NCBI RefSeq assembly: GCF_009914755.1 | Contig: NC_060925.1 | Source: the human T2T-CHM13v2.0 reference genome, Homo sapiens | Direction: 5' to 3' (one strand) | Length of the DNA stretch: 64,000 nt | In this document: in pieces, positions 1-13,517 of the stretch | How positions within the stretch are numbered: position 1 is the stretch's first letter | How the letters are laid out: every line of letters starts with the position of its first letter | Position numbers and translations under genes: made by a program | Notes under the pieces: generated by a model | Seen by the model: only the letters and a program-made list of their open reading frames with translations | The model's database searches: none | Told to the model about the DNA's origin: nothing

Positions 1-204
1 GTTCAAGTGATTCTTTTGCCTCAGCCTCCCGAGTAGCTGAGACTACAGGCCCGTGCCACCACGCCAGCTAATTTTTTTGTATTTTTAGTAGAGATGGAGT
101 TTCACCGTGCTAGCCAGGATGGGCTTGATCTCCTGACCTCATGATCCACCCGCCTTGGCCTCCCAAAGTACTGGGGTTACAGGCATGAGCCACCACTCCT
201 AGCC
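1..204 (-). mobile_element. Alu (AluSc/AluY-like), cut by window start
   Basis: Antisense Alu: GCCTCAGCCTCCCGAGTAGCTG, TTTTTGTATTTTTAGTAGAGA linker, TAGCCAGGATGG, ends GAGCCACCACTCCTAGCC. Confidence 0.95.
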
Positions 205-214
205 TTATAAAATG

Positions 215-505
215 TTATAATACAGGCATGCAAAGTGTGATAATCACAGCATGGAGAATGAGGTATCCATTCCCTCAAGCATTTATCTTTTGTGTTACAA
301 ACAATCCACTTATATACTTTTCATTATTTTAAAAGGTACAATTAAGTTATTATTGATTATAGTCACTTTATTGTGCTATTATAAGATTGTTCTTATTCTT
401 TCTACTTTTTTAGTACCCATTAACCATCCCCATCCCACCCCCACTACCCTTCCCAACCTCTGGCAACCATTCTTCCACTTTCTATGTCCAGGAGTTCAAT
501 TGAAA
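215..505 (-). mobile_element. L1MA-class 3' UTR fragment
   Basis: Clearly homologous to 9900-10200 in this window (CATGGAGAATG..CCCTCAAGCATTT..ACAATCCA..GTACAATTAA). Confidence 0.85.
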
Positions 506-2399
506 AACTTCCTATTTCTGAGTTTTAAACTGTAGCTTAAAAGGTTAGAAACCACTACTTTCAAACAATATGTCAGAATTTAAAGAGAATAATACCCTTT
601 GGTGATAATGGACCATAATACCTTTTGGTGAGATGCTTCTGGTGTCAAATTACACATTACATCACTTTATTGAAGCGCTCCGAGCACAATTTAATGCATT
701 ATTTTAGGATCTAAAAATGATATAAGAGATTAAATGTCTCATACTTTGAGATTGGATGATTGTTACAATATCCATCAAAACATTTTCTCTCCATAAGACT
801 TAATGAATCAGGCCCTATACCTAAGTACTGAGGCCATTAACCAATTACTAAACCTCACTCCTTTTCTCTCACCCACTCACTTTAACACCAATCACCTTAG
901 TGATTGCCTACCATGAAACTGGTATTTGAGATATGTTCTATTTTTAATAAATTGTTCTTTATGACTTGTCTTTAGCCACTTAAAGGTGGAGTGCTGAATA
1001 TCAGCATCCCTTTCTAGTTTCCATTCCACTTAAATTTATCAGTTACCAAAGAAGATTTAAAAAAAAATTACTTAAATACCAATTGTATATTTTGAGCTTG
1101 TAAAACTATTCCTATTCATTATATTTTCTTCTATATTAGAGTTCTGTCCATTCCTATGACATGCAAATGAAAAAAAAAAAAAAGAAGAGTCTGCTTCATT
1201 CCAGCAGCACAATTACAACTACATAGCAGTGCTTTCATGTTCCAGGGATAATGTTGACATTGATTTCACCCGACACAGGAAGACACCCCCCCCCATTAAC
1301 TTCACATATTTTTTTTTACATAATATAATACTGCAGAAGGCAAGACCTGCTTGACATGCCAGATTGTGAGGTATTTTAAGGTGGTCATCGGAAATTATCA
1401 TACCTCCTATTTTTGTGCCTTTTCCCCAGCCATAAGTATTCTTAATTAAAACTAAAATAAAACATCTGCATACATTAAAAAGTTATAAAGATGCCACCAT
1501 TTTATCAAAAGTATATTTATTTTTTCATGTACATATTCCTTTACACTTGGTCGTTTTCAATTTAAATCAGAGGCAATTTTCATAGTGTATGTACTAAAAA
1601 TAGACCGATACCAATATCAATACTAATAAATTGTTTTGCACTTTTTGGATGAAAGACCCTGTGGTATGTTTTAGATTAATTATGTCAGATAATCATAACA
1701 TTATGAGATGGCTTCAGTTGTCATGTGAATGATGGTGAAGTTGATTCTGGCTCTTATAGTAAGAATGTGGAGAAGTTGACAACCAGGCCAAATCTTGTCA
1801 GACATTAGACACATTTAACTTAACCATGTCTCTCTGTAGCAAGTTCTGTTTATTCATCTATTTTTTATTTTCCAAATTGTATAATCTGGCATATGTTATA
1901 TTAGTTGTATAATGCAATATAATTGTAAAAGTTTATATGTATAAAGCTGTAATTTGATTATAAATAATCCCCAAACCCCTGATATAATAATTTATTATGG
2001 CTTTATTAAATATAAGAAGTATCAAAATATTTAATTATAGATATATTTACATAATTATTTAAATATTTTATCTCTGTAAAAAAATTAAACACTATAGATA
2101 AAGTTATAGTATAATCCTCCATGACTTTTGCAATTCCCGTTTTTTCAGATGTAACTATTGTTATGATATCAATATAATTCAGTATCTGTTTTGGTTTTCT
2201 CTGTGTTCCTAAGCCCCTGATATTGAAATCAAATATATATTTATAATCCTCAGGGATTTTTATAAGGCCAGCAGAAAATGTTATTAGGGATATTATCTTT
2301 TGAAACAATTTCCATTAAAAGAAGATAAGGTTTATAGAAATAATTTCAAATTTTAATGTGGGATAAGCAATTTGGATGGTAAGATACTTCCACAATATT

Positions 2400-3320
2400 C
2401 TATCATATGAGGAAATTATCATCCTGTGAAAAGACTCAGGAGTCAATTTGAAGATGCTCCCAGTAGCCAAAGACAATAAATTGCAATAATTAAAACAAAT
2501 AGTAGCTACATTTCATTAAAATACATCGTATATGTTTACATTCTTGTTTTCATAATAATACAAATAGCTTTGCATTGGTTAAACTGATAAATGCCAAGAA
2601 CTAAAAATATTATTTTGAACATACCAAGGGAAATAATACAGAATTTATACCTTTTTCTCTCTGATTATCTGATCTCAGAGTAACTGATATTTAAAGATAA
2701 ATAGAAGGTTTTCATTATAAAATAAATCCATATAATAATAAAATAAAAATGTTACTATATCTCTATTTTTCATCAACCCTTAAAGACCTGATTGACCTAG
2801 GCAATGATAACCAATGGCTAATAATATCACAAAAGCTAAACATACATATATTATGTACCTGTTGGTCTAATGGAAGTTTGAATTACTACTTAGGCAGTAA
2901 TTTTGTGAAATAAAGGAAATCAACATGAAGCAGATCAAGTTTCTAGATTAAAACCGTCCAATAGAACTCTCTGTGATTATAGAAATACTTTATATCTGCA
3001 CTTTCCACTATAAAAGCCATTAGCCACATGTGGCTATTGAGTACTTAAAGACAGCTAATACAACTGAGGAATTGAAAAATTAATATTATTTAATGTTAAA
3101 TAATTCAAGATTAGATTAAAATAGTCCCATTTAGCTACTGGTAAACATATCGGACAAGAGTGCTCTAAATCAAAGTCCAATTTATAGTAAATGTAATTAT
3201 AAAATACCATCTTAAGAGAAGACATGGCGATGTAGTCTGAAACGTCCAGACTCAGCAACTCTATAACACAGCAAACCAGTTCTTCAATTTAAAAAATTCC
3301 AAGAAAAAATAAGACAGAGA
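2400..3320 (+). mobile_element. old L1MC/L1ME 3' UTR fragment, interrupted by MER3
   Basis: CTAGGCAATGATAACCAATGGCTAATAATATCACAAAAG and TCCAGACT..AACTCTA..TTCTTCAA resemble recalled L1MC/ME 3' ends; heavily diverged. Confidence 0.5.
2949..3162. mobile_element. MER3 (hAT-Charlie MITE)
   Basis: GTCCAATAGAACT start, TAGCCACATGTGGCTATTGAG core, ATCGGACA end; degenerate 8-bp TSD TTCTAGAT/CTCTAAAT. Confidence 0.85.
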
Positions 3321-3564
3321 GGAATAAAAGGTATGCAAGAGCTTCCAGAGAGAAACAAATGATGATAACAGACTTCAAGGGTACAGAACATCATTGGTCT
3401 TCTTGAAAGATCTGTGACCTGCAGCTCCATTGGTGGCAGTGCTTTGGGGCAGAGGTAATATCTTAGAATGGTTGCTTGATTTTTCTAGAGGGATTGAATC
3501 TTAGGATGTGGGCTCTCAAACTTTCCAAATATTCTAAAGTCCATAAAATATGCAATAGATACCC

Positions 3565-4146
3565 TACCATGTTTTGCTTAACAATGGGGATACATTCTGA
3601 GAAATGTGTTCTTAGGCAATTTTGTTGTTGTGTGAACATCACAGAGTTTGCAAAACAACCTAGATATTGTAGCCTACTAAACACTTTGTGTGGTAAAGCT
3701 CTTTGGCTACAAATCTGTAAAGTATGTACAGCTTTAATACTGAATTAAAACTAAATACTCTGGGCAATTGTAACACAGTGGTAAGTATTTGTGTATCCCA
3801 ATCTCTCTAAACACAGAAAAAATAAAATAAAAATACAGTATAAAATATATTTTTTAAATGGTGCATCTGTATAGGTCACTTAACCCTGAATGAAGCTTGC
3901 AGGACTTAAGTTGCTCTCAGTGAGTCAGTAAGTAAATGGTCAGGGAAGGAGAAGGCCTAGAACATTATTACACACTTTTAAATGACTAGAAGTACAGTAG
4001 GTTTTTTATACTCCAGTATCATCGCATTACAAAGGCTATGACATCATTAGGCTACAAGAATTTTTCAGTTTTATTATAATCCTGTAAGCCCATTATTGTA
4101 TATATGGTCCAGTGTTGACTTAAGTGTTGTTATAAGGTGCATAACT
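3565..4146 (+). mobile_element. Tigger3-family (TcMar) internally deleted DNA transposon
   Basis: GCTTAACAATGGGGATACATTCTGAGAAATG..TAGGCAATTTTGTTGTTGTGTGAACATCA start; GTTGTTATAAGGTGCATAACT end. Confidence 0.85.
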
Positions 4147-4399
4147 TTAAAATAATTTTTGGATTTTGAAAGATTATGCAATCTTAGCTGTCATGTCAGC
4201 AATAACCAGGTTGGTTAGGTTTCTCTAAAGAAGTGCAAACATTAAAACAAAACTTGAGTGTACATTTCATTATTTGAATAGAGTGAAAGCCAACCTTCAT
4301 AAAATGGAGGAAGTCCTTATAATATTAATATTTAGAAATAATAATAATGACAACAGAAACAATTATATGTGAAAACTTAATATGAACCAATCACTTTTT

Positions 4400-4550
4400 T
4401 AAAGCTTAGCATGTATAATTTGATTTGTATCTCACAACTGGAATTTTATCTATGTTACAAATGAGAAACCATAGGACAGAAATACTAATGTGCACAGATC
4501 ACACAGATAATCATAATTGAGTAGTACCCTCAGCTTGTGCTCTTAATCAA
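4400..4550 (-). mobile_element. degenerate MIR
   Basis: TTACAAATGAGAAAC..AGATCACACAG..GTGCTCTTAATCA resembles MIR core. Confidence 0.45.
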
Positions 4551-6389
4551 ATTAAATGACTGAGGTTTTTTCCTTTTTAAGGTAGAATATGAGTCAAAAT
4601 CAAAATTAAAAACTTGAAAATAAAAGTAGAGATATTTTCAGTATTTCTAAAGTATAAGGCTAACATTCATATTGTGTGTGTTTAAAAATATATACTCATG
4701 TTTATTTTGTGCCTATTTCATAAATTTTAAGAGATTGTACTACTGTTTTGCTATATGCACTATTTTAATTCAAGAATATAATTTTCATTGTCAGTTCTCA
4801 TATCATTGCATGCTATGAATATGTTATATTTTATTTAAATATATCTGTGTTGTAGGACATTTTTTATTGTAACTAACTCTATGAATACAGACATTATGTC
4901 TTTCTACATTTCTAAGGAGTCTCCACCCAGCAGATATTCTGGAACATTAATTCAATAAATGATTAGAATAGACCAGTGAATGAGAGGTCTTTAAAACTAG
5001 CAAACTTTCTAAAATCTAAATTTACTCTGAGAAAAAAAAAGGGTGCTGTGTATTATATGGAGTACTAACATTTTTCTACTTTATATTCAAAGAATCATAT
5101 TTTCATATGTCTAAGCTATTATATTTTTTCTGATGTGTCTTCAAACTTAAACTGAAGCCCATGATTGGTCTTCAGAGAAATGCTCAAATATCTTAAAATC
5201 AGATGCCAAATTCAAATATGATTTTTATTTATTATTTATTTATTTATGTAATTATTTATTCCTGCAGAGAGTACCAAGTAGAGTTCACTTTCTAACCTAA
5301 CCAATCTTCCAACCACATATTAGATTGTCAAAGACATTCTCCTATGTTACTAACATTAATACTTATCTGATAGTGATGTTGCTTAAAAAAAGTATGTTTT
5401 ACATTCCTTGAGTTCTTCAAGTAGACTTGTTTCTTAGTAAACTTCCTAAATATCCATAATCTATTATTAGATATAATAAAAGTTCTTATAAATCACTCTA
5501 AAAGTTTTGAACCAAAAATGTGGAGAGAATCATTCTTAACCTTGTAAGAGAATCATAGTTGTTGATTTCAATGACTTCTAATTAAATAATTACCCTAATG
5601 AATAAAGTGATGAAAACAATTATCAAGTAGAGGACAATATTTATAGACCAAATTAAGCATAACAAAACTAGATTGGACTTCATTTTGTATACAAACTTAG
5701 AACAGCACAATTTTAAAGCAATGCTCAGTACTATTCAAAAGAACAAATATTTATTTTGAGACCTAATAAAATGCTAAAAATGGGCACCAAACTCCAAGTT
5801 TTTTTTCTAATTTAGTGGTTGTAAAATGGTGTTTATAAATTAAAACTACGACAACAAAGTACTATCACCAAGTAATTTTAAAATCTTCTGCCTAAAATAT
5901 GCTCCACTTAAACACTTATATTTATATTGTCATATTAAATATTATAAAGATTTCTGAGGTAAAGAAACCAATTTAAGTTTGCTTAACTTATTTCCTCAAC
6001 TGTGATAGAACAGTGAATATGGCCTTTTATGAATACTTTAATATTATTATCAAATGCATGAATAGTTTGTTACATACTGATGTAAATACAATATTTTATG
6101 TGGATTGCTAGCTTATCCTTTAGGAAAGATATATGCCTCAATGCAATCTATTATGATATAGAAACAGAACATAGACAACAAATTTTTAAAAGATTTAATA
6201 TCTTTATATTTTATAGTATGATTTTTTCTGATTCAATAGATATTACTGTGATTACTATGTTCCAAGCAATATTAAAGCACCAACTCTTTATTGATCTATT
6301 CTTTAATTAGAAAAAATGTGAGAAAAAGGTTGGCTATTGATCACATAAAGTAAGGGCAGGAACAAATTCTTGAAGGATTTTACTTAAAG

Positions 6390-6602
6390 TAAGGATATAC
6401 CAACTTATAGGGAGGCCCAAGTGGAAACCCCTTAAATATCCTCAGATACTTGATCAGGATAAAAATAAATAAATACACTGCCGTATCCTGAGAAAATTTA
6501 TAAATTTAGTGTCATCAACAAAGATTTAAAGGATTAAGAGCTAGACTCTTTATCTAATCCCTTTTCAGCTCAACTCTAAAGCTCCTGCAAAAAGAAGATG
6601 GA
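6390..6602 (+). mobile_element. ERVL-type pol (RT N-terminus) fossil
   Basis: Translates as GRPKWKPLKYP..FSVINKDLKD*..LLQKEDG, versus recalled ERVL pol GKAKWKPLELP..ISATIKDLKDAG..PVQKTDG. Confidence 0.7.
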
Positions 6603-6702
6603 ACTGTCACAGACAAAGGCTCCTATGGAGATGTGGTATCTAAATGTCATGTGGTGCCATGGATGGCATCCTGGAACAGAAAAGGGGCATTAGGTAAGAA
6701 CT
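6602..6702 (+). mobile_element. L1MC/L1MD 3' UTR fragment
   Basis: AACTGTCACAG..CTAAATGTCATGTGG..GGATGGCATCCTGGAACAGAAAAGGGGCATTAGGTAA. Confidence 0.7.
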
Positions 6703-6829
6703 TGCAATAATATTTTGGCAACAACAAATTTATTCTAGCAGTTATGATGAAGGTAATTTAAGAGAAGCCACATCAGCCTCCTTTGGGGGAAAATAATCAG
6801 GATTTTCTGTGAATTCCTGAGGACATTAC

Positions 6830-7886
6830 ATTTTTTTTATTATTATACTTCAACTTCTAGGGTACATGTGCACAATGTGCAGGTTCGTTACATATGTATA
6901 CATGTGCCATGTTGGTGTGCTGCACCCGTTAACCCATCATTTATATTAGGTATATCTCCTAATGCTATCCCTCCCCCCTCCCCCCACCCCACAACAAGTC
7001 CTGGTGTGTGATGTTCCCCACCCTGTGTCCAAGTGTTCTCATTGTTCAATTTCCACTTCTGAGTGAGAACATGCAGTATCTGCTTTTCTGTCCTTGGCGA
7101 TAGTTTGCTGAGAATGATGGTTTCCAGCTTCATCCATGTCCCTACAAAGGACATTAACTCATCATTTTTTAGGGCTGCATAGTACTCCATGGTGTGTATG
7201 TGCCACATTTTCTTAATCCAGTCTATCATTGATGGACATTTGGGTTGGTTCCAAGTCTTTGCTATTGTGAATAGTGCCACAATAAACATGCGTGTGCATG
7301 TGTCTTTATAGCAGCAGGATTTATAATCCTTTGGGTATATACCCAGTAATGGAATGGCTGGGTCAAATGGTATTTCTAGTTCTAGATCCTTGAGGAATTG
7401 CCAGACTGTCTTCCACAATGGTTGAACTACTTTACAGTCCCACCAACAGTGTAAAAGTGTCCCTATTTCTCCATATCCTCTCCAGCACCTGTTGTTTCCT
7501 GACTTTTTAATGATTGCCATTCTAACTGGTGTGAGATGGTATCTCATTGTGGTTTTGATTTGCATTTCTCTGATGGCCAGTGATGATGAACATTTTTTCA
7601 TGTGTCTGTTGGCTGCATAAATGTCTTCTTTTGAGAAGTGTCTGTTCATATCCTTTGCCCACTTTTTGATGGGGTTGATTTTTTTATCTTGTAAATTTGT
7701 TTAAGTTCTTTGTAGATTCTGGATATTAGCCCTTTGTCAGACAGGTAGATTGTAAAAATTTTCTACCATTCTGTAGGTTGCCTGTTCACTTTCATGGTAG
7801 CTTCTTTTGCTGTGCAGAAGCTCTTTAGTTTAATTAGATCCCATTTGTCTAATTTGGCTTTTGTTGCCATTGCTTTTGGTGTTTTA
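6830..7886 (-). mobile_element. 5'-truncated L1PA (about L1PA5), ORF2 C-terminus and 3' UTR
   Basis: Poly(T) then TTCTAGGGTACATGTGCACAA; ORF 6888-7649 encodes the ORF2p C-terminus ([25 protein letters not shown]). Confidence 0.97.
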
Positions 7887-9089
7887 GGACTTTAGGTGTT
7901 TTAAAAAATGGAAACCTATTTATTTTAATTGAAAGTAATATAGCTGCATGCAATTTTTGGCTGCAATATTGCACAACACAGTTAAACATAGTCATGGAAG
8001 CGGCCCACAGTTTCCCAAATTACCTGTGTCTTGTCAAGGTTTGTGTTGGTTTTAAGATGTGTCTCTTTGATACACCACTCTAAAATCAGATTTGTTTAAC
8101 AGAGATCATTCTCTTTTGTAAGCCCTGAACTCCTATTCTTATCCCCAACAGCCTCATTAGTTTATCAAAATCCTATTAACTTCTCAGTTTCTGGGCAGTC
8201 TCTAAAACATTCAGAAAAAAAAAAAATCAATAGAGGAAAAGAGGGCCCCAAAGTAGCCTGCCTATCTACGCTTTCTGCCTCTTCTAGATATCGTCTCTAC
8301 AACACCTCATTGTCTTGGTGGTTCTCTGTATTTAAATACTTTCACAAATATATAAAGTTTATTGATGCCTGGAAGTCTGAGGAAAACATATAATCCTGAG
8401 TAAAAAGATAACAAAAAATAGTTATTTTAAAACTGGCATATATGATGAGAAAATTTACTTATAATCAGTATTTACCATTTGCCAAACAAAGTTCACAGCT
8501 TCATATCGTATAACTTTGTTTGGTATCAAGCTAGAACCCTTCCCTTTTCCTTGCACTATTATCCAGCTGTACATTCACTCATCAACCTTGTCCCATACTC
8601 GTCAAAATAAAATGGCAGTTGAAATTTCTCAGCTATGAAACATAAGAAATTGCATTATGGTTATCTTACTTTTTGCATATGATTTTCCAGTTGATTAAAA
8701 ATCAATATGATACATACTAAAAATACATTTTTATAACAATTTTATCATATTTCTGTGTACATAAGACAACATACCACTTGTTGAACTTAATACGTCCATC
8801 ATATCTAAAATTTCTGAATATTTTAAAGTATGTTATTAAAGTAGAATAAATATGTTTTGTATTAAATTAGTATTTGTGATTTGTGACATTATTTAAAATA
8901 CAGAGCTGTCTCAAAGAGCAAGCTAGAATTTCTAGTTTAGAAAAATATCCAAAAATTTCCACGTCTCTTAAATATCACAAACCATATATATTTTTTGTCG
9001 ATTTGAAGGAAAGTAGAGGAATGTAAAACATTATAGTACAGATAATGCTTTATGTCATCTTTCATTTTGCCACAAATGTTGTGCTATGT

Positions 9090-9553
9090 CCTACTAGTTT
9101 TCTATTTCTGCAAAACCAAAAATATCATTACAAACTTAGTAACTTGAAAGGACCCAAATTTATTATCTCAGAGTTTCTTTGGGTCAGCAGTTCAACACAT
9201 GTGAATGAGTTCTCAGTTCCGGTTCTCATAAGATCTGTATCAAGGTGTTGACTGCTGTCTTCACTGAGGCTCAATGAGGTTCATTGAGGTTCATTGAGTC
9301 TGTTCCAAGGTCTCTGAAATTGTGGACACTTAATTTTTTTTCTTGTCTTGTGGCTAGAGATCAATCTTAGTACCTAGGGGCCACTCTCAAGTAAGTTAAC
9401 TGATTTGATACTTTAATTAAATATGAGAAATTCCTATTTATAAAAATGATAGCCCATCACACATTCACCCTCAAGGTGATGAGGGGATCATAAAAGGTAT
9501 ATACTCTAGGGTATGAACTCACAGGGGCCATATTAGAGTTCTCTCCCTTCCAT
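9090..9553 (-). mobile_element. MaLR LTR (MLT1E/F-like)
   Basis: TTTATTATCTCAGAGTTTCTTTGGGTCAG..ATCAAGGTGTTG..GGGGCCATATTAGAGT. Confidence 0.7.
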
Positions 9554-9832
9554 ATATATGAATATGCCTTAAAAGATATTTTAATATTATTTATTAGCAA
9601 CTATAATTTTTATCTAATGTGAATATTTACATATTAAAAACATTACTTTTTTGTTTTAGCTAAATGTCACTCTTTCATTTTGTTGTAGATGCAAATAATA
9701 TTTTCAACTTTTATAAGTAATTTTGCCTCCATGATAGAGAAAAATTTCTTAAGACCAAAATGCTAGTAAAGCTTAGATCCATGCATCTATGATAATCTTT
9801 TCAATGTATTTTACCGTAAGTGGAGACAATAA

Positions 9833-12800
9833 TTTTTTTCTTTTTTTATACTTTTTAGTTTTTGTCAGCACATAGTAAGTGTATGTATTTATGGGGTACA
9901 TGAGACGTTTTGATACAGTGATGCAACAAAAAATAATCACATGGAGAATGGACATCCATCCCCTCAAGCATTTTATCTTTGTGTTAAAAACAATCCAATT
10001 ACAATCTTTTAGTTATTTGAAAATGTACAATTAACTTATTATTGATTACAGTCATCCTGTTGTGCTGTCAAATACTAGGTATTATTTATACTTTCTGGGG
10101 TTTTTTGTACCCACTAATCATCTGCCCACTGACCCCCACTCCACTGCTACCTTTCTAAGCCTCTGGTAACCATCCTTTTACTGGTCCATGAGCTCAATTG
10201 AATTTTAAAGCCCACATAGTACTTATTTTTGATCCCACAAATAAGTGAGAAAATGTGAGGTCTGTCTTTCTGTGTTTGGCTTTTTTCACTTAACACAATG
10301 ATCTCCAATTCCATTCATGTTGTAGCGAATGGATCTCGTTCTTTTTTAAGGCTGAGTGGTACTCCATTGTGTATATGTGTCACATTTTCTTTACCTGTTC
10401 ATCTGTTGATGAACACTTAGGTTGCTTCCAAATCTTAGCTTTTGTAAACGGTGCACAACAAACATAGGAATGCAGATATCTCTTCCATATACTGAGTCCC
10501 TTTATTTTGGATATATACTCAGCATTGTGATTGCTGGATCATGTGGTAGCTCTTTTTTAGCTTTTTGAGGAACCTTGAAACTCTTCTCCATAGGGATTGT
10601 ACCAATTTACATTCCCACCAACAGTGTACGAGGGTTCCCTATTCTCCACATCCTTGACAGCATTTGTTATTGCCTGTCTTTTGGATGTAAGCCATTTTAA
10701 CTAGGGTGAGATGATATTTCATTGTAGTTTTGATTTGCATTTATCTGATAATCAATGATGTTGAGCACCTTTTCAAATGCCTGTTTGCTATTTTTATATC
10801 TTCTTTTGAGAAATGTCTATTCAATTTTTCCCCATTTTTGATTGGATTATTAGATTTTTTTCTACAGAGTTGTTTGAGATCCTTAAACATTTTGGTTATT
10901 AATCTTTTCTAAAATAAATAGTTTGCACATATTTTCTCCCATTCTGTGGGTTGTTTCTTCACGTTGTTGATTGTATCTTTTGCCATGCAGAAGCTTTTTA
11001 CTTTGATATGATCCCATTTGTCCATTGCACAATTGATTGCCTGTGGTTGTGGACATTGCTCAAGAAATTTTTCCCCAGACCAATGTCCTGGAAATTTTCT
11101 CAATATTTTCTTGTGGTTGTTTCACAGTTTGAGGTCTTAGATTTAAGTCTTCAATCAACTATGAGTTGAATTTTCTATATGGCTACAGATAGGGGTCTAG
11201 TTTCATTCTTCTGGATATGGATATCCAGTTTTTCCAGTACCATTGATTGAAGAGACTATTTCCCAGTGTATGTTCTTCACACCTTTGTCCAAAATGAGTT
11301 CACTGTTGGTGGGCATATTTGTTTCTGGCTTCTCTACTCTGTTCCATTGGTCTATGTGTCCTTTTTTATGCCAGTACCATGCTGCTTTGGTTACTATAGC
11401 TCTCTAGTATAACTTAACATCAAGTAATGTGATTTCTCCACCTCTGTTATTTTGCTTAGGATAACTCTGGGACTTTTCTAGCTCCAAATACATTTTCCAA
11501 TTGTTTTTTATTCAACTTTTGTGAATAATGTCATTTGTATTTTGATAGGGATTACATTGAATTTGTAGATTGCTTTGGATAGTATGGACATTTTAACAAA
11601 ATTGATTCTTCCAATCCATAAACATGAAATATTGTTTCATTTTTTGGTGTTTTTTTCAATTTCTTTTAATACTGTTTTGCAGTTTTTATTATAGAGATCA
11701 TTCACATATTTGGTTAATTGCTAGGTATTTCATTCTATGTGTGGCTATTTCAAATGGGATTGCTTTTTTATTTTTCACATTGTTCACTGTTGGCATGTGG
11801 AAATGCTACTGATTTTTGTGGGTTGGTTTGAATCCTGCAACTTTACTGAAGTTATTAGTTCTAACAGTTTTTCATTGAGTCTTTAGGTTTTTCCAAGCAT
11901 AATATCATATCATCTGCAAACAAGGATAATTTTACTTCTTCCTTTACAATTTTGATTCCCTTTATATCCTTCTCTTGTTTGATTGCTCTAGCTAGGACTT
12001 CCAGTATGATGTTGAATAACGGTGGTGAAAGTGGGCATCCTTGTCATGTTCCTGATCTTAGAGAAAAGGCTTTCGGTTTTTCCACATTCAGTAGGACATT
12101 AGCTGAGAGTCTATCATATATGCTTTTTAATATGCTTTTTAGTATGTTGAGGTATGATCCTTCTATACCCCCCCTTTTTTAGGGTTTTTTTAATAAAGGG
12201 ATGTTGACTTTTTAAAAACACTTTTCAGCATCAATTGGATTGATCATATGGTTTTTTCCTTTCATTCTCTTAATATGATGTATCACATTGGTAGATTTAT
12301 GTATGTTGAACCATTCTTGCATCCCAGGGCTAAATCTCATTTGGTCATGAAGAATGATCTTTCTAATGTACTGTAGAAATTCAGTTTGCTAGTATTTTTG
12401 TTGAGGATTTTTGCATTAATATTCATGAGAGATGCTGGCCTATAGTTTTCTTTTTTTGATGTGTCTTTGTCTGTTTTTGGTATCAGAGTAATATTGGCCT
12501 TGTAGAATGAGTTTGGAAGTATTTCCTCCTCTTATATTTATCTGAATAGATTTAGTAGTGTTGCTCTTAGTTCTTTAATGTTTGGTGGAATTCAGCAGTG
12601 AAGCTATCAGGTCTTTTCTTTACTGGGAGACTTTTTACTGATACTTGTTATTGGTCTGCTGAGGTTTTGGATTTCTTCCGTATTCAATCTAGGTAGGTTT
12701 TATGTGTCTGGGAATTTATTCATTTCTTCTTGATTTTCCAATTTGTTGGCATATAGTTGCTCATAGTAGTCACTAATGATCCTTTGAATTTCTGCAGTGT

Positions 12801-13517
12801 CAGTTGTAATGTCTCCTTTTTCATTTTTTATTTCACTTATTTTTGTCTTCTCTGTTTCTTAGTCTGGCTAAGGTTTATCAATTTTGTTTCACTTTTCAAA
12901 AAACCAACTTTTTGTTTCATAAATATTTTATATATGTTTTATTTCAATTTCATTTATCTGCTCTGATCGTTATTATTTATTTTCTTCTACTAACTTTGGA
13001 TTTTGTTTGCTATTGCTCTTTAGTTAAGATGTTGTATTGCTTATTTGAAATTTTTCTCCTTTTTTGATGTGGCACTTATAGCTATAAACTTCCCTCTTAG
13101 TACTGTTTTTGCTGTATCCTATAGGTTTTGTATGTTGTGTTTCCATTATCATTTGTTTCAATAAATTTTTCAATTCCCTTCTTAATTTCTTCATTGACCC
13201 ACTAGTTATTCAGGAGCATATTCTTCAATTTGTTTAGTGCCCCAAATTCCTGTTGTTATTAATTCCTGTTGTTATTAGTTTCATTCCATTGTGGTCACAG
13301 AAGATGCTTCATATTATTTCAGTCGTTTTGAATGTTTTAAGACTTGTTTTGTGATCTAACATATGATCTATCCTTGAGAATGATATGCGTGTTGAGGAAA
13401 AGAACATGTATCCTGCAGCCTTTAGATGAAATATTCTGCAAATATCTATTAAGTCCATTTGGTCTAAACTGCAAATTAAGTATGAGGTTTCTTTGTTGGT
13501 TTTTTGTCTGGAAGATG
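9833..13517 (-). mobile_element. 5'-truncated L1MA (L1MA2/3-like), ~3.7 kb
   Basis: Poly(T), L1MA 3' UTR, then continuous antisense ORF2 (e.g. ATCATCTGCAAACA = FADD at ~11910). Confidence 0.93.

Noticed and set aside
6888-7649. 253-aa ORF, the longest in the window
   Set aside because: L1 ORF2p C-terminus frameshifted into the 3' UTR of a promoterless truncated copy; not a gene
6818-7903. Possible TSD AGGACATTACATTTT / AGGACTTTAGGTGTTTT around the L1PA
   Set aside because: Too many differences for a young element, so it cannot be called
12117-13277. Short tandem duplications (ATATGCTTTTTA x2; AATTCCTGTTGTTATT x2; similar ones at ~590, ~56586, ~62853)
   Set aside because: Ordinary slippage duplications in neutral DNA
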